A program made the translations under genes and the position numbers. DNA of 64,000 nt from an uncultured Phycisphaerales bacterium (GTDB lineage: Bacteria; Planctomycetota; Phycisphaerae; Tepidisphaerales; Tepidisphaeraceae). Below are positions 29,379 through 40,834 of the stretch, piece by piece. Numbering within the stretch: the stretch's first letter is position 1; the number at the start of each line of letters is the position of its first letter. Below the pieces are notes generated by a model. It was not told where the DNA came from and searched no databases. It saw nothing but the letters and a program-made list of their open reading frames with translations. The DNA lies in assembly GCA_963758525.1 (NCBI GenBank), contig CAVWVQ010000003.1:3712001-3776000 (forward strand), read 5' to 3'.

Positions 29379-30902
29379 TCATTCTGATTTTGACACAAAC
29401 GCCCGAACGTCCTCCCCCAGCTTCGTCAGCGACGTTCGCTTGTGATACAGCATGTGCCCCCCCTCATAGAAGTTGTGGATGATATGTTTCCGCAGTTCCG
29501 GGCTGAGCTGCATGTGGTCGATGCTGTAGTTTGCGGCGGCGAAGGGCGTCGCCAGGTCGAAGTAACCGCTGGCGAACATCACGCGCAGGTTGGGGTTGTC
29601 GGTCATCGCGCTGGCGAGCGTGCGCGAAACATCGAGATAACCGTTTCCGGCCTGTCCCATGTTCCATGGCTGGACTTTGCCGGTGAGCACTTCGTAGGTG
29701 AGATCATTCTCATACTTGAGGGTTTGCCGCACGTAGTTATTAAACGTCGCGGTGTAGGCGGAGAGATACGGCTGAAAGCTCGGATCGAAGGTGGCAGAGT
29801 TGTCCAATGGCTCGGCATTGAAGCCGGTGAGACGGCCGTCAAATCGCCCGATGACCTGCCGCTGATCGGCGAGCAGCGCTCCTTCGAAACGATCGGGCCG
29901 GATGCGCAAATCCGCTTTTTCGACGAAGTCGAGCGGAAGCCCGGTGAACCGCGCCAACGTGGTGTTGATCGCGCTCCGCTGGTCGGCGGAGAGCGCGGCG
30001 TTGCGGGCCAGCGCCGGGCCATAGGTTTCGATTGACCACTGCGTTGCCTGGGCGATGGTTTTCTGCAGATCCGCCTGCAGATCGGGGGCGAGCTTGTGGT
30101 GATACCACGCCACGGCCGCGTAACTCGGCAGATAGAGTTGATAAGGCAGGTCATTCCCCGGCCCGGACTCGATCGTCGCGAAGTTCAGTACCGACGAAAT
30201 CAGGATGATTCCATTGAGCCCGATTCCATCCGCCTGCTGCAGGTAGTCGGACAGACCGGCCGCGCGGGTGGTGCCATAGCTTTCACCGGCCAGATATTTG
30301 GGGGAGAGCCAGCGCTGGTAGCGGGTGGTGTACAGCCGGATGAATTCCGCCACCCAGTGAATGTCTTCGTTGACACCGAAAAATTGTTCTGGCTTCTCCC
30401 CCTGCGCCGGGCGGCTGTAACCGGTGCCGACGGGATCGATAAAAACAAGGTCGCTGGCGGCAAGCCAGGTGTCGGGGTTTTCTTCAAGATGATAGGGCAG
30501 GAGCGGCAAGTCGCTGGTTTCGTCGAGCGCCACGCGTTGCGGCCCGACCGCGCCCAGATGCAGCCAAACGGAAGCCGAGCCGGGCCCGCCATTGAAGAGA
30601 AACGTGATGGGTCGCTTGGAAGCGTCTTCGCCGGCGGGGAGTCGCTCGTACGCCACGAAAAAGAAATCGGCCTTCGGTTTGTCGGCGTCGTCATGCACGC
30701 CAATGCGCCCGGCAGTAGCGCGATACTTCAGGGGCTTTCCGTCGATGGTGATCTGGCCTTCACTGACCGACAGCTTTTCAGGACCGCCTGGTCCCGAGAG
30801 CGCCGCTCCAGGCTGGGTCGCCGGCGCCGATGTCGGCGCTTGAGCAAGGACGAGAGATGGAATCAGTGCGATGAATGCAACGCAGGAGAAAACAATGCGC
30901 AT
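29379..30902 (-). CDS. Secreted serine carboxypeptidase family S10
   Basis: FNGGPGSAS, IDPVGTGYS, GESYG, GYFDLATP, GGHM. Confidence 0.92.
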   Translation of the reverse strand: MRIVFSCVAFIALIPSLVLAQAPTSAPATQPGAALSGPGGPEKLSVSEGQITIDGKPLKYRATAGRIGVHDDADKPKADFFFVAYERLPAGEDASKRPITFLFNGGPGSASVWLHLGAVGPQRVALDETSDLPLLPYHLEENPDTWLAASDLVFIDPVGTGYSRPAQGEKPEQFFGVNEDIHWVAEFIRLYTTRYQRWLSPKYLAGESYGTTRAAGLSDYLQQADGIGLNGIILISSVLNFATIESGPGNDLPYQLYLPSYAAVAWYHHKLAPDLQADLQKTIAQATQWSIETYGPALARNAALSADQRSAINTTLARFTGLPLDFVEKADLRIRPDRFEGALLADQRQVIGRFDGRLTGFNAEPLDNSATFDPSFQPYLSAYTATFNNYVRQTLKYENDLTYEVLTGKVQPWNMGQAGNGYLDVSRTLASAMTDNPNLRVMFASGYFDLATPFAAANYSIDHMQLSPELRKHIIHNFYEGGHMLYHKRTSLTKLGEDVRAFVSKSE

Positions 30903-31010
30903 GGCGAGATGATAGCGCCGCTGCGCGCAGCCGTCCAAGCCGTGAATGAGCATCGCATAAGAACCGCGAAGAGGCCGGGACTGGAAGAAGGCATTGCGGA
31001 TCTTGCGATC

Positions 31011-31078
31011 GTAGGGCGGGATTCATCCCGCCGTTTTCCCGGCCGGCCAACAAATCGGCGGGATGAATCCCGCCCTAC
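31011..31078. repeat. REP doublet GTAGGGCGGGATTCATCCCGCC
   Basis: Inverted pair here and an equivalent pair at 51536-51605. Confidence 0.88.
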
Positions 31079-31193
31079 GCGGAGCCGATCGCCGCTTTCG
31101 AGCGTCACACTCTCATTGTGAGTCAAACCGGGATGCTTGCCGGGCGTAGCGCGCTGTCGAATAATGGCTGGCTTCATACCTTGGAGAAACTCG

Positions 31194-32617
<1,424 letters not shown>

Positions 32618-32677
32618 GAGATGTCAGGGTTCAGGGTTCAGGGTTCAGGGGTCAGGCGCGAGGAGTCAGTTGAAGAG

Positions 32678-32781
32678 TTGCAAATTGGGGATTGCAAAAT
32701 GCAAAATGCAAATTGTTGGGAGGGGGGAGACGTCCCCGGTTTCCAATTTGCAATTTGCAATCCCCAATTTGCAATTTGCAA
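32678..32781. repeat. Inverted blocks of the heptamer TGCAAAT/ATTTGCA
   Basis: Tandem units on both arms; same unit at 53169-53208. Confidence 0.88.
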
Positions 32782-32928
32782 CTCTTCGCAATGCGAATCG
32801 CTTCCCGGAATGCGGAACTCGATTGTCCTCTCCGCCTGACGCGCAAGTTCTGCACGATCGCCTTGTGGGCATCCTATAAAGGCTATTATCAGCCCTTCAT
32901 CGGGCGCAGCAGCTGCGCTCACGACGGT

Positions 32929-32957
32929 TAAAGTTTGCGCCTCGGTTCATCCGAACA
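32929..32957 (+). promoter_or_regulatory. Candidate sigma28 (FliA)-like promoter upstream of flagellin
   Basis: TAAAGTTT-N13-TCCGAACA versus consensus TAAAGTTT-N11-GCCGATAA; imperfect. Confidence 0.35.
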
Positions 32958-33336
32958 TGATTGCGGAACGTACAGCGGCGATGAGAAACCGCCGCGGCGG
33001 CCGAACGGATTCGGCCGGCTCAGATGAGTCTCGAACAAGGAGGTTCGCAACCCGCAATACACTTCCTTCCTCCGCCGGGCGGAGCGCCGGCAGTTCACCT
33101 TTCAATTTCGCCTGATCGAGTCCGCGCCGCCGCCATGGCTGCGGTCAGATTCACTCAGAGCAAAATCGTGTTAGCGCGATTTGGACGCGACCTGGACGTC
33201 GCTTTCGATTCGTGACGGGCCGCAACCGGACTATTCACCGGGTGCGGAACGCGTTGATTCAATAACTTCGTGCCGGAGACGGAACTCCGGCACTCCAACA
33301 GGTTCGCCGCGGCGAACCAATATCACGGAGGATATC

Positions 33337-34749
33337 ATGGGTCAGATCAATACCAATATTAATTCACTTGCGGCGCTGCATGCGTTGAGCACCAACCAGG
33401 CGTCGCTGTCTCAGAGTCTCAACCGTCTGTCGACGGGCCTGAAGATCAACAGCGGCAAAGACGATCCGGCAGGGCTGATCGCCAGCGAGTCGCTCAAAAG
33501 CGAAATCAACGGGATCAACCAGGCGATCAGCAATTCGCAGCAGGCCGGAAACGTCCTCAACACGGCCGACGGCGCGCTCAATGAAGTCTCGTCACTGCTT
33601 CTGCAACTGCAGAGCCTCAACAACCAGGCCGCCAACGGCGGCGCTCTCTCGCCCGATGAATTGGCCGCCAATCAGCTCCAGGTCGATTCGATTCTCAACA
33701 GCATCAATCGCATCTCGAATACGACTTCGTTCAACGGCATTCAGCTTCTCAACGGATCGCTGGACTACACCAACAGCGGCGTCAACGCGAGCGACATCAG
33801 CAACGTTCAGGTGAATGCCGCGCAGATTCCTCAGGGCGGATCGGTGAACGTCGCCGTGCAAGTGCTCGCCAGCGCCAAGCTCGGGACGTTGACGTATGCG
33901 TCGTCGGGTATCGGCACGACACCGACCACCATCGAGGTGACCGGGTCGATCGGCACCGAGCAACTCTCCTTTGCCGCCAGCGCGCACAACAGCGCCATCT
34001 CGGTTGCGATCAACCAGCTCAAGGCGTCAACCGGTGTCAGCGCGACAGTGGCGGCCAACGGTTCGCTGAAGATCAACTCGACGGCCTACGGATCGGCCCA
34101 GTTCGTCAGCATCAAGACGATCGCCGGTTCGTTCGTCAACGGGAAGAACAACGGCGCCGATGCCACTGTCGACATCAACGGAAGCCAGGCAAGCGTGCAA
34201 GGCACCGTCGCGTCCATCCGAGCAGGCACCCTCGACCTGACGCTGAATCTCAGCAGCGCATTTGCTCAGAACACCTCGGCGGCGGGCGGCGTCACCAACT
34301 TCTACATCACCGGCGGCGGCGCCAAATTCCAGCTCGGCTCGGAAGTCACCGCACCCGGACAGGTTCAGATCGGTGTTGCGGCGGTAGGCACCGGCAGCCT
34401 GGGCAACAGCACCGACGGATACCTCTCGGGTCTTGCCAGCGGCGGCACCGCGTCCCTGCAATCGGGCAACACGATTCAGGCGCAGAAGATCATCACCGAC
34501 GCGATCAGCCAGGTGGCGACTCTCCGAGGCCGGCTTGGCGCGTTCCAGTCGGACGTGATCGACGCGAACACCAACAGCCTCAACGTGGCCTTGGAAAACG
34601 TCACCGCCAGTGAAAGCAACATCGAAGATGCTGACTTCGCGCAGGAAACCGCCAATCTCACCAGAGCTCAGATCCTGGTGCAGGCCAACGTTTCCGTGCT
34701 CGCCCAGGCGAATTCCCAGCCGCAGGCGATTCTGAAGCTGCTCGGGTAA
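33337..34749 (+). CDS. fliC: Flagellin
   Basis: INTNINSL...RLSTGLKINSGKDDPAGL N-terminus; RGRLGAFQ...IEDADFAQETANLTRAQIL C-terminus; GGAGG RBS. Confidence 0.96.
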   Translation: MGQINTNINSLAALHALSTNQASLSQSLNRLSTGLKINSGKDDPAGLIASESLKSEINGINQAISNSQQAGNVLNTADGALNEVSSLLLQLQSLNNQAANGGALSPDELAANQLQVDSILNSINRISNTTSFNGIQLLNGSLDYTNSGVNASDISNVQVNAAQIPQGGSVNVAVQVLASAKLGTLTYASSGIGTTPTTIEVTGSIGTEQLSFAASAHNSAISVAINQLKASTGVSATVAANGSLKINSTAYGSAQFVSIKTIAGSFVNGKNNGADATVDINGSQASVQGTVASIRAGTLDLTLNLSSAFAQNTSAAGGVTNFYITGGGAKFQLGSEVTAPGQVQIGVAAVGTGSLGNSTDGYLSGLASGGTASLQSGNTIQAQKIITDAISQVATLRGRLGAFQSDVIDANTNSLNVALENVTASESNIEDADFAQETANLTRAQILVQANVSVLAQANSQPQAILKLLG

Positions 34750-34781
34750 TTTGTTCCCCTCGCGATAGCAGGGTAACCCCA

Positions 34782-34813
34782 CGGAGAGCGGCTCAACGAT
34801 GAGCCGCTCTCCG
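34782..34813 (+). terminator. Strong hairpin after flagellin (terminator or stability element)
   Basis: CGGAGAGCGGCTCA/TGAGCCGCTCTCCG perfect 14-bp stem; no strong U tract. Confidence 0.6.
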
Positions 34814-34981
34814 ACCCTTTGATGCAGGGGGAACAGCGGATGTTTGAAACCTCCGCTTCCTCCCCGTGGAGTCGCCGAGCTTGCTCGCGGTTTCGTCAAT
34901 GACCCTTGCGCGAACACGAGTATCAATCTTCGCTTTGCAAGATATTGAAGCTTGCCGCTTGCCGCGGCCGATAATGGAGTG

Positions 34982-36205
34982 ATGCGGCATGGAGGCGGCG
35001 TCATCCATCGAGCGCTGGAACGGTTCTCGTCGGCAGTGCGCGCGCGGCGCGCTGCAGCGGTCCATGGTGATCTTTCCCAACTGCTGGGCCGACCGCCGGT
35101 CAATCTCGACACGCCCGAGTTGCAGCGTTTTCTTGCGGGCAAGCGCGTTCTCGTGACCGGGGCGGGCGGGAGCATCGGTTCGGAAATCTGCCGGCAGGCG
35201 ATGAAATTCTGCCCTCAACGGCTCGTGCTGCTGGAACGCGGGGAAAACAGCCTTTTCGAAATCGATCGCGAATTGCGCCATCAATGGGTTGGCGCGGACA
35301 TCCGCGCCGCGATGGTGGATATCACTGATCCCATGCGGGTCGGGAAGCTCTTCGCGGTCGAGAGGCCGCAGGTCATCTTCCATTGCGCTGCCCACAAGCA
35401 TGTGCCGATGATGGAGGCGCATCCCTGGGAGGCGATCGCCAACAACATTTTCGGCACGCGCACCATCGCTGACGCGGCACTGGCGGGCGGGTCGGCGGCG
35501 TTTGTCATGGTCAGCAGCGACAAGGCCGTCAATCCCACCAGCGTGATGGGAGCCACGAAGCGGTTTGCCGAACTCTACATCCAGAGTCTGACGGGTGCAT
35601 GCCGTCCGACGGATGGCGCGCCCCGGACGCGATTCGTTGCCGTGCGCTTTGGCAACGTTCTGGGGAGCAGCGGGAGCGTTGTTCCGATTTTTGAACGGCA
35701 GATCGATGCGGGCGGGCCCGTCACCGTGACTCACGCCGACATGCGTCGCTATTTCATGACGATTCCCGAAGCGAGCCAGCTCGTGATGCAAGCCGGCGCA
35801 ATCGGGAAGGGGGGCGAAATCTTCGTGCTGGACATGGGGGATCCGATTCGCATTCTCGACCTGGCCACGATGATGATCCGCCGGCGCGGGCTGGAGCCGC
35901 ATCGCGATATTGCCATCCGTTTCACGGGAATTCGCCCGGGCGAAAAACTCTATGAGGAATTGGCCAAGGACGATGAACAGACCAAGCCGACTGCCCACCC
36001 CAAGATCCGCGTCTGGCAACTCGCGTCTGCGGACGCCCGCACGATCGCGATCCACTTGAAGCTGCTGAGCGAAGCCGCCACCAAAGATCGAGACGCCGCG
36101 ATTGCCGCGTTGTCGCAGTGCGTCCGCGAGTATCACGCCGACCGCTCCGCGGCCGACCCCGATCGCGCCAAGCCGCCGCTGCGTCTGGTCACCGAAGCGG
36201 CGTAA
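34982..36205 (+). CDS. CapD/PglF-like UDP-GlcNAc 4,6-dehydratase, catalytic domain only
   Basis: LLGRPPV, VTGAGGSIGSEI, AAHKHVP, SSDKAVNPTSVMGATK, VRFGNVLGSSGSV, GIRPGEKLYEEL. Confidence 0.9.
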   Translation: MRHGGGVIHRALERFSSAVRARRAAAVHGDLSQLLGRPPVNLDTPELQRFLAGKRVLVTGAGGSIGSEICRQAMKFCPQRLVLLERGENSLFEIDRELRHQWVGADIRAAMVDITDPMRVGKLFAVERPQVIFHCAAHKHVPMMEAHPWEAIANNIFGTRTIADAALAGGSAAFVMVSSDKAVNPTSVMGATKRFAELYIQSLTGACRPTDGAPRTRFVAVRFGNVLGSSGSVVPIFERQIDAGGPVTVTHADMRRYFMTIPEASQLVMQAGAIGKGGEIFVLDMGDPIRILDLATMMIRRRGLEPHRDIAIRFTGIRPGEKLYEELAKDDEQTKPTAHPKIRVWQLASADARTIAIHLKLLSEAATKDRDAAIAALSQCVREYHADRSAADPDRAKPPLRLVTEAA

Positions 36206-36250
36206 AATCACGAGAGGCCTCGCTCCGCTCGCAACAACGAAAGAGAAGAG

Positions 36251-36397
36251 CCGCGAAGACGCGAAGGCGCGAAGACAGCCGCGAAGAAGAAAGAAGAATT
36301 GTGCAGGCGCACCTCTCGAGAGTGACTGGGCCTGCTTCTTCCCAATTTAGAAGAATTTTCCTTCGCGTCTGCCTTCGCGTCTTCGCGTCTTCGCGGC
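36251..36397. repeat. Inverted blocks of the octamer CGCGAAGA/TCTTCGCG
   Basis: About four units per arm between the CapD-like gene and trpS. Confidence 0.85.
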
Positions 36398-36452
36398 TCT
36401 TATCTTCTCCCCATGGCTTGACAATCCGCATGCGTCGGCGGAAAACCAGCGC

Positions 36453-37541
36453 GTGAATAACGATCTCCCCCGCATTCTTACGGGCGATACGCCCACCGGA
36501 AAACTCCATCTGGGCCATTACGTCGGCAGCATCGAGAACCGGCTGGCGCTGCAGGATGCCTACGACTGCTACTTCATCATTGCCAACAAACACGCCTTTA
36601 CCACGCGTGCCGACACTCCTGCGGATATTCGGCAGAGCGTGATCGATATCGCAACCGACTACCTCGCCGCCGGCATCGACCCGGGCAAGAGCACGATCTT
36701 CATTCAAAGCGAGGTGCCGGCCATTGACGAGCTGGCCAATTATTTTGGAATGCTCATTCCGTATCCGCGACTCATGCGAAACCCGACGCTCAAGGACGAG
36801 ATCCGCGATAAGCAACTGGGCGAAAATTACTCATTTGGCTTCCTCTGGTACCCCGTCGGGCAGATCGCCGACATCCTGGCTTTCCGTCCGGCCATGGTAC
36901 CCGTCGGCGAAGATCAGTTGCCGCATCTGGAGCTGACGCGCGAAGTCGCCCGGCGATTCAATCAGCTCTATTGCGATGTCGATCCCCAGACGCAGGACAA
37001 AGATTACGTCAAGGCCGGCGGCCTTTTTCCGATCATCGAGCCGAAGCTCGGGCGGGTGAAGCGTCTTGTCGGCACGGGTGGGCCCGGGCCAAGCGGCGAG
37101 CTTTTGAAGATGAGCAAGTCGCTCAACAACGCCATCTTTCTGTCGGATGATGCGGACGCCGTCCAGAAGAAGGTGATGGGGATGTACACCGATCCCAAGC
37201 GCATCCGCGCGACCGATCCCGGCACCGTCGAGAACAATCCTCTGTGGATCTTCCACGAGACGTTCAACACCGACACCGCATGGATCGCCGACCAGCAGGA
37301 GGCTTACCGCCAGGGAAAAGTCGGTGACGTGGTCATCAAGCGCAAGCTCGTGGAAGTGCTCAACACGCTGATCGCGCCGATCCGCGCACGGCGAAAGCAG
37401 TACGAAGCTCGGCCCGCAGACGTGATGGACGCCCTCAGTGCCGGCACGCAACGCGCCAATGTCGTTGCCGAGGAAACGCTTGCGTTGGCAAAGCAGAAGT
37501 TAAAACAGGATTATTTCGGCAGAAAGCTGGATATTTTGTAG
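36453..37541 (+). CDS. trpS: Tryptophan-tRNA ligase
   Basis: TGDTPTGKLHLGH, VPVGEDQ, KMSKS. Confidence 0.95.
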   Translation: MNNDLPRILTGDTPTGKLHLGHYVGSIENRLALQDAYDCYFIIANKHAFTTRADTPADIRQSVIDIATDYLAAGIDPGKSTIFIQSEVPAIDELANYFGMLIPYPRLMRNPTLKDEIRDKQLGENYSFGFLWYPVGQIADILAFRPAMVPVGEDQLPHLELTREVARRFNQLYCDVDPQTQDKDYVKAGGLFPIIEPKLGRVKRLVGTGGPGPSGELLKMSKSLNNAIFLSDDADAVQKKVMGMYTDPKRIRATDPGTVENNPLWIFHETFNTDTAWIADQQEAYRQGKVGDVVIKRKLVEVLNTLIAPIRARRKQYEARPADVMDALSAGTQRANVVAEETLALAKQKLKQDYFGRKLDIL

Positions 37542-37606
37542 GGATGTTCGGCGGCCCGGTGGTCCTGAGCCAGGTCTGGTATGCGGTTCGCTGAAATCGC
37601 CGACCG

Positions 37607-38617
37607 ATGGCGCAGTCTGCAACAATGTCCGTCCCGTCATCCGCCAAAGGCGGCGGCGGGTTTTGGGGAATTCTTCGAAGTACTGGTCAAAACTGGCTCG
37701 CCGATAACGCGATGCGCCTCTCGGCCGCGCTCTCGCTCTACACGATCTTGTCCCTGGCCCCGCTGCTGGTGATCACGTTCAAGGTCGTTGCCATGATCTG
37801 GCATGGACAGGAAGTCGCACGCCAGCAGATCATGCGGCAGATGAGCCAGCTGATGGGCTCGCAGGCAGCCGACGCAATCAAACCCATGCTTGACGGCACG
37901 AGCAAGCCAGGCGGAGGGCATGTCGCGACGATTGTCAGCACGCTGGTCCTGCTCTTTTCCGCAACCGGGGTATTTGTCGAACTGCAGGATTCGATGAATA
38001 CCATCTGGGGTGTTAAGCCGGCCCCCAACCGTGGGATATACGCCTTTATTCGCAATCGTCTGCTGTCGCTGGGCATGGTGTTCGGCATCGCGTTCCTGCT
38101 GCTGGTGTCGATGTTTCTCACCGCTGTGTTGAGCAGCTTCGCGAACTGGCTGATATCCAACTCGGGGTGGCTGTTGATCGCAGTCGACGTCATCGTCTCG
38201 TTTGTCGTGGTGTGGATTCTGTTTGCGGCGATCTTCAAGTTCCTCCCGGATGTGCAGTTGAGCTGGCGGCACGTGGGTGCGGGCGCGCTGCTGACGGCGG
38301 CTTTATTCACGATCGGGAAATACGGTCTGGCGATTTACTTCAAGAAGGCGGCACCCACTTCGGCGTTTGGTGCCGCTGGCTCGCTGGCGGCGGTGCTGCT
38401 ATGGGTTTACTACTCCGCGTTTATCTTGTTTTTCGGCGCGGAGTTCACCAAGGTGTGGACGCTGGCGAAGGATCACACGATCAAGATTGAGCCTTTTGCC
38501 GTAGCCGCACAGCAAGCTCCCCGTTCCGCGGATCAGAACGCCGCGCCGCAATCAGTCCGTTCGGTCCCAAACGAGGTACCGCATCATGAGTCAAGGTATC
38601 AACCCAATGCCCGATGA
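37607..38617 (+). CDS. YihY/BrkB family membrane protein
   Basis: AALSLYTILSLAPLL, FGAAGSL...LLWVYYSA...FGAE. Confidence 0.92.
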   Translation: MAQSATMSVPSSAKGGGGFWGILRSTGQNWLADNAMRLSAALSLYTILSLAPLLVITFKVVAMIWHGQEVARQQIMRQMSQLMGSQAADAIKPMLDGTSKPGGGHVATIVSTLVLLFSATGVFVELQDSMNTIWGVKPAPNRGIYAFIRNRLLSLGMVFGIAFLLLVSMFLTAVLSSFANWLISNSGWLLIAVDVIVSFVVVWILFAAIFKFLPDVQLSWRHVGAGALLTAALFTIGKYGLAIYFKKAAPTSAFGAAGSLAAVLLWVYYSAFILFFGAEFTKVWTLAKDHTIKIEPFAVAAQQAPRSADQNAAPQSVRSVPNEVPHHESRYQPNAR

Positions 38618-38813
38618 GCTGATGGAGAAGCTGCGTCAAGCCACCGGCCATTTCCATGACTCCCGCAAAGGCCTGGAACAGGCGATGGACACTCCTGAGT
38701 ATGAGCATCAGACCCGAGTCGAAGCTGCGCACGACCAGGTCCGTCAGGCCGAGCACGAGCTGGAAGCAATCGAAGATGAGATCAGCAAGCGGTTGCCGGC
38801 GAGCGAAAAGTGA
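38586..38813 (+). CDS. Small coiled-coil hypothetical protein
   Basis: Charged helical ORF with GC-type codon usage filling the gap between genes. Confidence 0.55.
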   Translation: MSQGINPMPDELMEKLRQATGHFHDSRKGLEQAMDTPEYEHQTRVEAAHDQVRQAEHELEAIEDEISKRLPASEK

Positions 38814-38831
38814 TCGATGGCCCCATCGATT

Positions 38832-40016
38832 TTATCCGCGATCCTTGGAGGCAATGGGCTCGCTTGCGAAATACGTCCGGCCGCGCCACGAAGCGGGTCG
38901 TCGCTGAATCCGCATCACGGCAGCTTGCCATTGAATGATCAGGAGTGCGAGGACGGCCACGGGATGCAGCAGCACAATCATCACGCGCTGGCGGAACCGC
39001 CACGCTGAAACGAAACGAATGATCAGGCCCGCCGAGGCCGCGATGAGCGAGAGGATCAACGCCCGTGAGTGAAAATCATCAAGCGAACGATATTGGCCGG
39101 TCATCAGAATCCAGCCAACGAGCACGTAGGGAAGCACTTGCCCGGACAGCAGGATGATTGTCCACGGAACGATCGCCCTTTGTGTTGCCAGGCCTTCGGC
39201 GGCGTTCTTCAGCAGTCCGTTCCACGTCGCGGATGCGGATGGATACATGCGGCAGTCAGCCACGTCGGTCGCGTCGAAAATCGCGGTCAGAAAACCCGCC
39301 CGTCGCATTGCCCGCGGAAGGGCGATTCCGTCGTGCAGTGAGCCGCGAATCGAGGCGTGACCGCCGGCATGGCGATAATCGCTTTTGCTTGCGATGAACA
39401 TCTGGCCGCACCCCGCGCCCAACCCGGGAAATCGCGAGCGTCGCATCATCCAGACCGGGCAATACCCCAGCAAAATGAAATGGATGAGCGGAATGACCAG
39501 GCTTTCCAAAAAGGTGCCGGTGGTTTTGCGCGGGAATCCGCTCAGCAGGGAAACCGGAGCCTCTTTCATCTCCAAGGCGATGCGCCGCAGCGCGTCGGGC
39601 CGCAAGCGGACGTCTGCGTCGATCCACACCAATAGATCGTGAGCGGCTGCCAGCGAAAGCTGGTGACACGCGTGCTGTTTCCCGCACCATCCCGCCGGCA
39701 GCGCACCGGCGCGAAGGAGCCGCACCCGCGCGTCGCCGCGGGCGATCTGCGTTACGATTTCTGCCGTTGCGTCTTCCGACGCGTCGTCCAGCACAATCAG
39801 CTCAAACTCAATGCCCTGATTTGAAAGGACGCTGTCAACGGCGCCGCGGATCGAATCAGCTTCATTTCGCGCGGGGATCAGCACCGATAGCGGTGCGAGC
39901 GGCCTGGCATCGGTTCTGCGGGGAAGCTTTCGGAAGGCGCCCAGGTTCCGAGCGAAGATCGCCAGCGGGATCAGTGCGGACAGCAAGCCCGCCGATGAGA
40001 GGCACAAGAGGATCAT
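38832..40016 (-). CDS. crtQ: GT2 glycosyltransferase, CrtQ-like
   Basis: VLIPARNE, LDDASED, GWCGKQHAC, DAD, WRGR; located in the carotenoid operon. Confidence 0.8.
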   Translation of the reverse strand: MILLCLSSAGLLSALIPLAIFARNLGAFRKLPRRTDARPLAPLSVLIPARNEADSIRGAVDSVLSNQGIEFELIVLDDASEDATAEIVTQIARGDARVRLLRAGALPAGWCGKQHACHQLSLAAAHDLLVWIDADVRLRPDALRRIALEMKEAPVSLLSGFPRKTTGTFLESLVIPLIHFILLGYCPVWMMRRSRFPGLGAGCGQMFIASKSDYRHAGGHASIRGSLHDGIALPRAMRRAGFLTAIFDATDVADCRMYPSASATWNGLLKNAAEGLATQRAIVPWTIILLSGQVLPYVLVGWILMTGQYRSLDDFHSRALILSLIAASAGLIIRFVSAWRFRQRVMIVLLHPVAVLALLIIQWQAAVMRIQRRPASWRGRTYFASEPIASKDRG

Positions 40017-40765
40017 TGCGCCGACTCTCCGTGTCCGGCCGAGAAGCGCGCTCCGGTTGCCGCGGCACGCATTCGTCGCCACAGATCGTAGAACAGCGAA
40101 ACGTTCGCGCGCCCGCCGAGCAGCAACGCGAACTTCCCCGGATCCTGGCCGATGGCTTCCGACATCAGCGCATCCTGGCACGCCTGCAGACCGAGTTGCA
40201 GCGATTTTTCATCCGGCGATTCGACCGGCACTCCAAAGCGGCACAGCGCCTCGGGAAATCGTTCCTGCCAGAACGGATATTCCATCGCAAGGGGCACGAA
40301 CATGGCGTGCGGCGCCCTTCGCGCCAGGTGCCAGAGGCCGGGCAGCAACTCGGTCGGGCGGCGGCGCGGATCGACGAAGCGCGCCTCGGGCGTGATCCAG
40401 AGAATGGATCCGGGTTGATTGAGAACCTCGAGGCCGGTCCGCAAAAACTGGCTCGCGCCGCGAGGCGAAGTCTTTTCGACGGGGAAAAAGCCGATTCTTC
40501 GGAAGAACCGGTATTTTTGCAGTGATGCCGCGTCAATCGGCGTGTAGTGCCGCCGCGATTCCCAGAAGCGATCGGCCAGGAGCACGGCGATCATCGGATC
40601 CCACCAGGAGGCGTGATTGAGGAAGATGACCATCGGCCGGTCGTCGCGCGCGCTTGGAGGGAACCCCGCAAGCGAGAGCCGAAGCGCGTGAAACGACCGA
40701 GCCACGTACCACCGCGCGTAGCGGGAAAAGAACCGGAAGAATGTCGGGGAAAAGTCCGGTGTCAT
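40013..40765 (-). CDS. PlsC-family acyltransferase (probable carotenoid acylation)
   Basis: NHASWWD (HX4D) and ITPEARF motifs. Confidence 0.85.
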   Translation of the reverse strand: MTPDFSPTFFRFFSRYARWYVARSFHALRLSLAGFPPSARDDRPMVIFLNHASWWDPMIAVLLADRFWESRRHYTPIDAASLQKYRFFRRIGFFPVEKTSPRGASQFLRTGLEVLNQPGSILWITPEARFVDPRRRPTELLPGLWHLARRAPHAMFVPLAMEYPFWQERFPEALCRFGVPVESPDEKSLQLGLQACQDALMSEAIGQDPGKFALLLGGRANVSLFYDLWRRMRAAATGARFSAGHGESAQ

Positions 40766-40834
40766 TATCGCAGAGTAGAGCGACTCACCCTCTCTCTCGG
40801 AGTACCGGGAGAGGGGGTAACGAGACGACGAAAT

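Noticed and set aside
33157..33200. c-di-GMP-I riboswitch in the flagellin leader (AGCAAA-stem-GGACGC)
   Set aside because: The loop is TTAG rather than GNRA and the GCAAA after GAC is missing. It is too weak without an Infernal hit.
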